Source: the human T2T-CHM13v2.0 reference genome, Homo sapiens. Taken from it: 64,000 nucleotides of DNA. Shown here piece by piece: positions 52,300-64,000 of the stretch (its first letter is position 1; the number at the start of each line of letters is the position of its first letter). The stretch lies in assembly GCF_009914755.1 (NCBI RefSeq), contig NC_060940.1, one strand, 5' to 3'. Both the position numbers and the translations under genes were made by a program. The notes under the pieces are model-generated. The model ran no database searches. It saw only the letters and a list, made by a program, of their open reading frames with translations, and had not been told where the DNA came from.

Positions 52300-53330
52300 C
52301 ATCCCTTCCCAGCCCTGACCCTCCCCGGGGCTCCCCCAAGGGGCCCGTGAGGCCCTGCGTGAGGACGTCCAGGGGCCCAGAGGCTGAGTCACTCCCTTGG
52401 GGCCAACCTGGGTCATGGCAAGTTTGTTATCTCAAGGACAAGTTCTCAGACCCCTTATCCAGCCATCCCCACCCAAAACAAACTAAAAGTAAGGCCTCTC
52501 CAGCAAATCGGCTTCCTGGGGGTCTCCAGACTCAGGCCCTGCCCCCCAGGGTGAGGTGCCATGTGCCCCAGGAGGGCAGTGTACATACATTATACATATA
52601 TGTTCAACACATGTGGGCAGACCCACTGCTCCTCCCTTCCCAGCCGTGGGGGACCAGCTTCCTCTGGGCCAAGCCCCCCATAAGCCTCCCTCTCTCTCCT
52701 TCAGCAGCCCCCCCGGGGAGCCCAAGGCAGGGGCCTCCTGCAGAGCAATTTCCTGGGGCGGCAGAGGTGGGAGCCATCCTCCCAGAGTCCTCGGAGGGGG
52801 TGAAGGGGAGGTGGGGAAAGGGCGACTGGGCAGAGCTGGGTCAACCCGGCAGGAGGCCACAGCACAGAGCTCTGGGCTGCTCCAAGTTTTTCATGTGCCT
52901 TCTGGGGGAGGAAGTGTCAAAGCCATTTCAAAAGCTGGGGGAGTCCCAGGGAAGGGGCCTCATTCTCCATGCGGAGGGGGGATTTCAAAGGAGACCCTGC
53001 TATTGAAAGGTTTCCAAAGACCCTCGCCTTTCTATCAGATCCAAATCACTCCCCTCCAAGCAGCAGCCAGGAGAGGGGTGCTGGGAAAATGTTTCCAAGG
53101 AGACATGTCCCTGAGTCATCATAACTCCCAGGGTCTCCGGGCTGCAGAGCCATGCAGAGGCCCCCGCTATAAAAAGGCCGGTTTACCGCCCCGCAGGGGA
53201 GCTCTCCAGCAGTCCGGGTCCCAGGGGAGGCCTGCCTCAGACCCCCAAGTGCCCTGAGTTTATGAGAAGGCTGCAGAGCTGAACAGGGCCACTTCTACCC
53301 ACCAAGTCCCCCTGGTGCCACTAAGGGGGA
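52300..53330. promoter_or_regulatory. GC-rich candidate enhancer / antisense core promoter
   Basis: TGAGTCA (52385, 53112), TATAAAAA (53168), CCGCCCC and TCCCAGGGGA (53219). Confidence 0.35.
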
Positions 53331-55629
53331 CTTTTACCCCCGTCAGCGGCAGGGCAGCCACTCTGGGCTCAGACCATTTAGCAGGAGAAGCCATCCACTG
53401 GGACACTGGGCCCCAAAAGATTTACTGGGATTGCAGAGCCAGCCCCAAACCAGGCCTGCAGTGTCTGCCTCTCACCATTTCCCCAGCAGCCTTCCCAAGC
53501 CACCAGGGCCAGCCAGAATCACAGCACAAGCCACATCTAAGTTCCATCAACTCCTCTTCTCCCCCTGCCCTGTTCACTCACCCCAGGACCACACCAGGTG
53601 GGTCTTCGTTCTCTTCCCAACTGGTTCCTTCTCAACACCGCAGCCAGATTCTTCTTCCTAAGGCTCAGGCCAGGATATACCCTGCTCTGAAACCTTCAAT
53701 GGCTCCCTAGCGCTTAAGTCCAAGGTTTAAACTCAGGTACCCACAGGGACCAGGCTGGAGACTTAACTGAGCAAGACCATGATGCCTGGGAATGCATGCC
53801 TTGCCTACATACAGGAAACTGCTGCTGCTGCTAAGTCACGCCAGGTGGGAATGATGATTGCGGGAATGTGAAGCCCTTGCTGCCACCTCTTGTGGTTTTT
53901 CAAGAGAAGCCTAGTAAACCATAGCCAAGGGGCCCCCAAAGTTGGACCCTGGCCTACGGGGTGAAGGACAAACCCTAACCCCTCCACTTGGTATCGGAGG
54001 TGCTCCATGGCTCACCCCAACCCCCTCCCCATTCTCACTCCCCACAATGCCTCAGTCTTGGCCAAGCCAAGCACCTACAGCCCCCCAGACTCACCTGCTC
54101 TGCTCACCCCCCATCCTGCTATAGGCAGTGGCTCATCACCCTCGCAGCCTGGCAGAAACCCATTGTTCCAGAGCCTCCTCCTGATGTTCAGCCATCTCTC
54201 CGAAGGCAACGTCCCCCCTCTTCATCCTTCAATGCCCAGGGGGCCCTGTTCTGGGAGCACCCACATCACTGCACTGCAGTTACCTGCATGCCCATCAGCC
54301 TTCCCCTGGAGAGGGAACCCTGAGGTCTCTCCCACCACAGGCCCTGGCAGGGGCTCCAAACACAATGGAGGGACCCTAGCTGTGGTTCAGACTCTGCCTC
54401 CATTACTCAGGCTGGAAGGACTTGGGTAACTCACGTAACCTCTCTAAGCCCCGGGTTCCTCATCTGTCAGATGGGGAACTAGTGCCCATGTAAAGTGCCT
54501 GGCACATAGAAAGGCTGAGTCAGTAGCAGCTGTTAGCATCCTTATTCAATGTGACCTCTTTGCTGCATGCTATGTGCAGTGTCTTCTATGGGATGATCTC
54601 TGAAGCAGAGACCATGTCCCCTGTACTCCCGTCACCCACAGAGACCGCTGCAACTCTCAACATGCCATAGGTGCTCAGTCAAGGTCCTCTGGTAGACTGG
54701 GTTGATGAGGCTCGGGGAGGGCAGGCAGGTAGGGAGTGCAGGTTAGAGCGAGAGGGACTGCCCAGCCACCGGAGGTCTGGCTCACCCGGGGTTCCATGCC
54801 GCAGTGAACTGGAATCTGCACTCGGGGACCAACCAACCACTCCCTGCTGCCTGCTCTCCAGGCCTCCAACTCCCACGTTCCTGGGCTCCAGGTCAGCTGA
54901 CAGCGCTGCAGGGCAGGAATGGGCAAGGGGACCTGTCCAGCCCCCCAGCCAAGGCGCCTTCCCTCAGAAGCCCGGCCCACAGCTCATACACAGGCCCAAA
55001 TGCCCCTCACACCCTCCTTTTGTGTTTCCCACAACTCTAGTTAAGAGCAACCCCCTTGCCTTGCACTTGAGGACACATAGCTTCCAGGCTCTGCACTAAA
55101 GGCAAGGTAGAAGAGAGGAGGGAGGGGGCAGAAACACCTCAGAAATCACTGCAGTCCAATTAGCCAGGCTTGCGCCCTTCATGCTTACAAACAGGAACGC
55201 GCATTAACATCTGCTACAAAAGCAAACATTTTTAGATATCTTCATCTTCACCTCCCTGACACTCCGTGAAAGGACTCTCAGCAGCCAGTGACTGACAGGG
55301 GAGTGCCCCTTCTTATCCTTCAGCAGGGGGCTTTCAGACGGAGAAATTAAGAAGCCACCAATCTCCCTGTCAGGCCAAGCTCCCACAGCCCCCACCTGCT
55401 CTTCCTGGGCCCCTCCTCCCCACTCTCCGCCAGGTGAGCCCCACCACACACACGATTGGGAGTCAGTGGCTGCAGGAGACTGGCTCCAAGGCACTGGGGG
55501 TAGAGGCTGTCAGATAGGTTGGGGGTCAGGGGGACTGGCCAATGCTGTGGCTAGGTAGGGACCAGGGGACCCATACCTGCCCTGAGAGCACCTTCACTAA
55601 AGAAGGGCCTTTGCAATGCAAACCTTAAA

Positions 55630-56680
<1,051 letters not shown>

Positions 56681-56771
56681 GTAAACCAGTACTCCGATGG
56701 CATAGCTGTTAAGACAACAATGAAAAGATGCTAGAAGAAGAAAAACAGAGATGAAGTAAAGAAGTAGTTCA

Positions 56772-57045
<274 letters not shown>

Positions 57046-57641
57046 AAGATGAAGTTCAACCCATGGCTGCAACTTCACTGCTCAGACTAGAGTCTTGGAG
57101 AAAGTGATCACATGTCCAACAAAGACCCAGGGTACCAGGCTTCTTGAAGCTCTCCCAGGCCCCAGCCCATCCCAGGCCAGCCCCTTCCCTTAGAACCTCC
57201 ATGCCTATCAGAACATCAGAACATCCAGCTGTGCCCTCTCCTACAATGAGGGCACCCCTAGCTGCCAAGGAGACCACATCCACCCATCCAAGGTAGAGGG
57301 GACTTCACAGCTTCCCAGGTCTCTTGTGCCAAGTGTGTGAACTCCATAGAACTTTGCAAGCTGCCCTTCTAGAGAGGCTGAATTTTCCAAAGTCCAAAAC
57401 CACTTGAAGAGGAATGGGAAAAGTACTGAAATAACTTTGTAAGCGTTCTGTTTTGACAATGTGCCTGAGGAATTCACCATGTTGAGTAGGGAAATGTGAG
57501 CAGTTAAATCTATTCAATGTCATGACACACAAAATTGAAGCATAATTGCTCCTGAGTGCTTGACAATTGGAAAGCACTTTGTTTCAGAAACGGAGGGAAA
57601 TTTATGCTGGAAAATGGAAGAGATTGTCAAAAGTTTGATTA

Positions 57642-58043
<402 letters not shown>

Positions 58044-58222
58044 CTAGGTCTCCCCAGGCCATTCTCTTCCCACCTTCCTCTAAATCCAGCTCTACCAGAC
58101 TGAGGAAGGGGCATGAAGCTACATTCCAAGGGAGCTGCTTCTCTGCTAGATCTGGGAAAACTGCCATCTCAAGGTGAAGCTTTAAGGGAGCTGAGGGGAG
58201 GCCTCCTTGCTTAGAAGGGCAA

Positions 58223-60235
58223 ATCCATCTACCCATGCCCCCATCCATCCAAACATCCACCCATCCATCCTCCATCTACCCATCCACCCATCTACATACA
58301 CAATCACCCATCTACCCATTCATCCATTTACATACACACCCATCCATCCACCCATTCATCTATCCATCTACCATCCATCCTCCATCTACCCATCCATCCA
58401 TATACCCATCCATCCATCTACATACACACCCACCAATAGACCCATCCATCCATCCTCCATCTACCCATCCATCCATATACCCATCCATCCATCTACATAT
58501 ACACCCACCAATAGACCCATCCATCCATCCTCCATCTACCCATCCATCCATCTACATAATACCCACCCATCCTCCATCTACCCATCCATTCATCTACATA
58601 CACACCCACCAATAGACCCATCCATCCATCCTCCATCTACCCATCCATCCATATACCCATCCATCCATCTACATATACACCCACCAATAGACCCATCCAT
58701 CCATCCTCCATCTACCCATCCATCCATCTACATAATACCCACCCATCCTCCATCTACCCATCCATTCATCTACATACACACCCACCTATCCACCCATCCA
58801 TCCATCCTCCATCTACCCATCAATCCATTTTCCATCTACCCATCCATCCATCTACTCCACCCATCCATCCATCCTCCATCTACCCATCCATCCATCTACA
58901 TACATACCCACCCATCCATCCTCCATCTACCCATCCATCCATCTACATACATACCCACCCATCCATCCTCCATCTACCCATCCATCCATCTACATACATA
59001 CCCACCCATCCATCCATCCTCCATCTACCTATCCATCCATATACTCCACCCATCCATCCATCCTCCCTCTACCCATCCATCCATCTACATATATACCCAC
59101 CCATCCATCCTCCATCTACCCATTCATCTGTCTATATACATACCCACCCATCCACCCATCAATCCATCCTCCATCTACCCATCCATCCATCTATTCCACC
59201 CATCCATCCATCCTCCATCTACCCATCCATTTATCTATACTCACTCACCCATCCACCCATACTCCATCTACCCGTCCGTCTCCCCACCCATACATCTACA
59301 CACACACATACCCATATACCCATTCATCCATCCTCCATCTACCCATCCATCCATCCATCCATCCATCTTCTATCTACCCGCCCATCCATCTACATAAACA
59401 CCCACCCACCCATCCACCCATCTACATACATACCCACCCATCTACCCAGTCATCCATTTACATACACACCCATCCATCCACCCATTCATCCATCCATCCA
59501 ACCATCCATCCTCCATCTACCCATCCATCCATATATCCATCCACCCATCTACATACACACCCACCAATAGACCCATCCATCCATCCTCCATCTACCCATC
59601 CATCCATCTACTCCACCCATCCATCCATCCTCCATCTACCTATCCATCCATCTACATACATACCCACCCATCCATCTTCCATCTACCCATCCATTCATCT
59701 ATATACATACCCACCCATCCACCTATCCATCCACCCTCCATCTACCCATCCATCCATCTACTCCAACCATCCATCCATCGTCCATCTACCCATCCATCCA
59801 TCTACATACATACCCACCCATCCACCCATCCATCCATCCTTCATCTACCCACCCATTTATCTACATACTCACACACCCATCCACCCATACTCCATCTACC
59901 CATCCATCTCCCTATCCACACATCTACACACACACATACCCATCTACCCATTCATCCATCTTCCATCTACCCACGCATCCATCCTCTATCTACCCACCCA
60001 TCCATCTACATACACATCCACCCATCTACCCATTCATCCACACACACATCCACCCATCCACGCATACACCCACCCATCCATCCATCTATTCACCCATCAG
60101 TCTATCCATCCATCCACCTACCTATTGTCTGTCTACCCATTCGTCCATCTACACACATATCCATCCATCCATCTATCCATCCATCCATCCATCCATCCAT
60201 CCATCCATCTATCTATCTATTTTTCTACCTATCCA
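58223..60235. repeat. ~2-kb complex (CCAT)n/(ATGG)n tandem array with higher-order units
   Basis: Direct reading. Landmark AATAGAC at 58435, 58510, 58611, 58686 and 59566. Confidence 0.97.
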
Positions 60236-60829
60236 ATAACCTTCTCATCCATTTACTTACCCTAATAACCATGTGGCTGAGCAGGGGACACTGTTCCTGC
60301 CAACTCTGGTGTTCAAGGGTGGCTAAGGAACTCCTCATCTGCCCTAAGCACAAATGACCCCAAGAGTTCCTACAGCTGGTTTCCACACACAGGGGCTAGT
60401 ACCAGCTGCCTGTGGGAGCTGAGGGCAGAAAAACTGAGATGAGAAGCTTCAAAGCTTCTTGAAGAGTTGTTCCAAAGAGTGAACCTCACTCACACAACTA
60501 ATCCCAGATGGTTCTGAAACACCCCAGGGACAGAGGTGGTGTTGCCCATCTGAGGGAAGGACTGTGGCTGTGGGGTTTTTTGAAGAAAGAGGGGTGGTAT
60601 TGGAATCACAATATCCAAGTTTTTTGAAGACCACTTTGGTTCCTGGGATGAGAGGGCTTCTCTTACTTCTGGAAAAGGGAGCAGGACTTCACACTTCTTG
60701 GCCAAGGTCCCAGGCCCAACCCTCAACTATGCAGCCAGATGAACCACCAGGGAGCTTAACCATCTCAGCTCCTACTTCCCTCTTTATCATTCTGAAATGT
60801 TATGATGAGCTCTTGCATGGTGCACACTT

Positions 60830-61055
60830 TTCTTTCCTTTTACTTTTAACCTACCTGTGTCTTTATATTTATAGTCCAGGCCCTGTAGATAGCTTTCAAT
60901 TGAGTCTTGCTTTTTTCTTTGCATCTAATCTGACAATCTCTACCTTTTGATTGAAATTTCAACTCCATTTATACTTAGTGTAATTGTCAATATGGTTGAT
61001 TTTAAATCCTACCATCTTTTGAATTAATTTCTATTTTATCCTACCTGTTCTCTGT
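60830..61055 (-). mobile_element. Old L1 ORF2 5' fragment
   Basis: ttttacttttaacctacctgtgtc...aatctgacaatctctaccttttgattg...ccatttatactta. Confidence 0.65.
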
Positions 61056-62554
61056 TCCTATTTCCCTCTTTCCACCCACACCCACAGTTCCCTAAGTAAC
61101 TACAGGCCTTTGCCTGTGCTGGTTCCTCTATGTGCAACACCCCCTCCATCCTTGACTCAATTCAAATGTCATCTCTTCTGAGAAGACTTCTCTTTTCACC
61201 CCAGAATGGGTCCAGGACCCCCTCCACATCCCTGAACTTATGCTAAAGGACCCTGGGTAATTAATACATTGTTGTGTCAGGGTGGATTGGTTCATCTGCT
61301 CCCCTCTTGCACCATGAGCACCCAGAGAGCCAGGAATGTGTTTTGTCTACCTTTGAGGCAGCACATGAAGTGCTTAACAAGCATTTGCTGAACACATAAA
61401 GTTGCAGAATAACATATGCAGAGGAGTCTATTCAGGCAGAGGTGACAAAGAGAACCAAAGATGACTTCAGTGTCCTGGACCCACACCACCCTAGCGCAGG
61501 CCTTACCTAGAGTCAGTGCATAATAATTATTTAACTTTTATTACGATTATTATTGGCGCTAAGAAAATGCTGCTTGAACAAATGAATGAATGAAGAAACA
61601 ACTGGAGAAGCTGAAGCTGGATGCGTCAGGCTCCAGGACCTGCTCTGACAAAACCAGGGGCCTTTCCCACAGTGTTTCAGAAGACCTGGGGGATTCGCTG
61701 TGTCCTGAGTACAGGCCACAGCCTGGGGCCCAGACACAGGCACTCTGCATGGAAAGGCCCTGGGAAGAGCTAGGTAAGTCGGGGGCAGGGTGGAGAGAAA
61801 GACAGGGCTGGGGAGTCCAGCCTTGCCACAGACAAAGGAAGACGTCTAGGCCACAAGGAGACTACAGGGCCTGAGGTCTTCTCAGGAGATGCAGCCCAGA
61901 GTACACATCTCAGGTCAACTCCAGGGCCATGGTCGTGGAGATGAACCACCTCGGGTGTCTCCAGCATCAAAACCATCCCTTCTGTCTCACATGTGCCCCC
62001 ACCTACTCTGCTTGGCAAAGTGCAAGAGCCTTTGGTGGTTGAATGAATGAACGAATGAATGGAATGAGTGAATTAATGAATGAAGCACATCCCAGGAAGG
62101 GAAGCTTCATCACAAGGAAGCCCATGGGAGGCCTGCTGGATGAGGACCGCCCAGGCCTATAGGTGGGTGGGTGGGAGGATGGGGTTGGTACCAACCAGCA
62201 GCAATGGCTGCGGGCAGATGACCACGTCCCCCCTCCAAGGATGGCGATTTGCTTGGGTGCAAGTCTCTAGAGGCTGCAGCCATGGCTGGTCCAGAGGCAT
62301 GCAGGGAACAGTCCATGATCACAGTGACTTGGTTGATCTTCTCAGGGGCAGGTGAATAAAGGGAGCTCACTGTGCTTGGAAAATACATCCCCAGGGGCTT
62401 GGGCAGGAAAACAGGCTGCCCTCAAATGCCTCTCTGCCACCCCTTGGTAATAGGAAGAACACTGCCCAATAACTGAGCCCCTCCTGGTGGGGCACTGGGC
62501 TTCATAGGGTTCAGAGGGTTCCCAAGGGAAGGGCCGGGAGAAGGGCTGACCCCT

Positions 62555-62980
62555 CACATACACACAAGACACACACACAGATGTGCAAGCACACGTATGC
62601 ATTCACATGCTCACTTTCACCCCAACTCACCAGCAACACACAAGACCTTCACAGACACACCCGCAACCCCTACACACAGCAACCTGTAACACAGATACAT
62701 ATGTGCAACCCCCAGAGAAGCAGGGCCATCCACATGGGTGAACAAGGCCACACAGATGGGCATGTTCACACTCATCCAGAGACCCTGCCTTCAGCTCACT
62801 CACCACAACCCCAGTACACACACCGGTACTCCCAAATACGCCCACAGACATGCACGCAGCTTCTGACACAAGTATACACACAGACCCATCCCCACATGTA
62901 CCACACACCCTCATGTACACACATGTAGACTCATAAGTGCTCACATGTGCACTCACACATAGGCACATACACACACAGGC
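62555..62980. repeat. Degenerate (CA)-rich tract (UG-rich on the ZNF423 strand)
   Basis: Direct reading. Confidence 0.85.
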
Positions 62981-63384
62981 TCACCAGCCCCCAAACCCTC
63001 CAAGCATGGCTGGACTCCAGTCCTCACCCCAACATCTATTCCTAGTCTATCCCCACTCTCAACCCCCCTGGAGACCCCCTCCTCCTGCAGCTTCAGCCCC
63101 CACTAGGAGATATAATTACAGAAAGACAGAACTTGGCACTCAAAGCACCTCCCCTGCCATAAGCCCCTTCCCTGGGGCCCAGCCCAGGAGAACTAGAGCT
63201 GAGTTCCAGGGCCTGTGGCCAGGGCTGCCTCCCCCAACACAGCCCTGAGCAACTGCAGAGGGGGGCCCCGGGCAGGAAGAAAACACACTTGAGAATGGCA
63301 AAGACAGGAGAGGGAGGGCAGGGAAGAAATGGCCAGGCCCTTCAAGACAGGAAGGAGAGAAGGAAAAGCCAGCCAGAGCTGTTA

Positions 63385-63620
63385 TATTTCCATGATCGTG
63401 AGCACTGCCAATGTTCACTGAGCACTTGCCATGTGTGGGCAGCATTTATGCTAAATACTCACAAACCCTCTGCAAGCTCCACCCTAGGGATGGGGTAAGT
63501 GGAGTTTCAAGAGGCTGCATCACTTGGTCAGAGCCTCTTGCTGGTGAGTAGGAGAACTGGAATTCGATGCCCACTGTCTGAGCTGCCATTCTCAGCTCCA
63601 TGTCCCAGATCTCCTGCCAG
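63385..63620 (-). mobile_element. MIR relic
   Basis: ttcactgagcacttgccatgtgtgggcagc...actcacaaaccctc. Confidence 0.55.
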
Positions 63621-64000
63621 GCCTGGTCTAGGTGACAGAAAGCTAGTGGGATCTGGATAGGCCCTCTAACCTTGATATCTGTTTACTTGGCTGTAAAATG
63701 GGTATGAGAACACCTGGCCTGTCCCACCTAGCAGAGAAAGGCACCGTGGGGATCTGCAGGATCAATGGATGGCCAGGGTCTGCCCGTGCTGGTCTCGAGT
63801 TGGGGTGATGTTGTCATTACCCATAAACAGAGGGGGAGGTGGAACTTCAATGCTTCATGCTCCAGCCGACAGCAGCCTCAGCCCCACAGGAACCCAGTCC
63901 TCTGAGAGCTGGTTGCTATGGATACACTCCCGAGGGTCCCAGCCTGCCAGCCCCCAAGCCCCTGTGAAACCCCCAGAGTCTGTTCTTACATGAGTGGGTC

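Noticed and set aside
51404-53257. 200-300-aa overlapping ORFs on both strands
   Set aside because: Explained by the CA/TG microsatellite and GC-rich composition. No domain signatures.
58207-59397. 396-aa H/P/S/I-rich ORF, the longest in the window
   Set aside because: Artefact of the almost G-free CCAT array, which can rarely form stop codons. It has no real ATG context and no domain.
61495-61530. Recursive splice site CTAG|GTAAGG on the minus strand
   Set aside because: The AG|GT junction has no adequate polypyrimidine tract. The same applies to similar sites near 4988 and 23631.

Overview
Primate (human-like) genomic DNA, almost entirely intronic. The only credible coding sequence is an 85-bp minus-strand exon (57845-57929, cag|...|gtaaga) encoding one C2H2 finger, [29 protein letters not shown] recognise it as the fourth-from-last finger (ZF27) of ZNF423/OAZ. 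Positions 1-57844 are the long downstream intron and 57930-64000 the upstream intron. The rest is interspersed repeats (8 Alus, a near-full-length ancient L1MD, other L1/L2/MIR relics, three MaLR solo LTRs, several hAT/mariner MITEs), simple repeats, and several repeat-free, motif-dense or CpG-retaining blocks that look like developmental enhancers. There is no prokaryotic system, CRISPR array or novel protein-coding gene. Best leads: (i) UG-rich tracts on the ZNF423 pre-mRNA strand that abut good splice sites and predict poison exons (candidate TDP-43-repressed cryptic exons); (ii) a 15-unit, ~49-bp minisatellite with higher-order A/B structure inside an L1ME; (iii) a 2-kb hierarchical (CCAT)n array just upstream of the exon; (iv) a MER53 hairpin with a miR-1302-like seed and two octamers; (v) EBF/TALE/HOX motif clusters. 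Repeat family names are from recalled consensus sequences and their boundaries are approximate. Functional claims are hypotheses.
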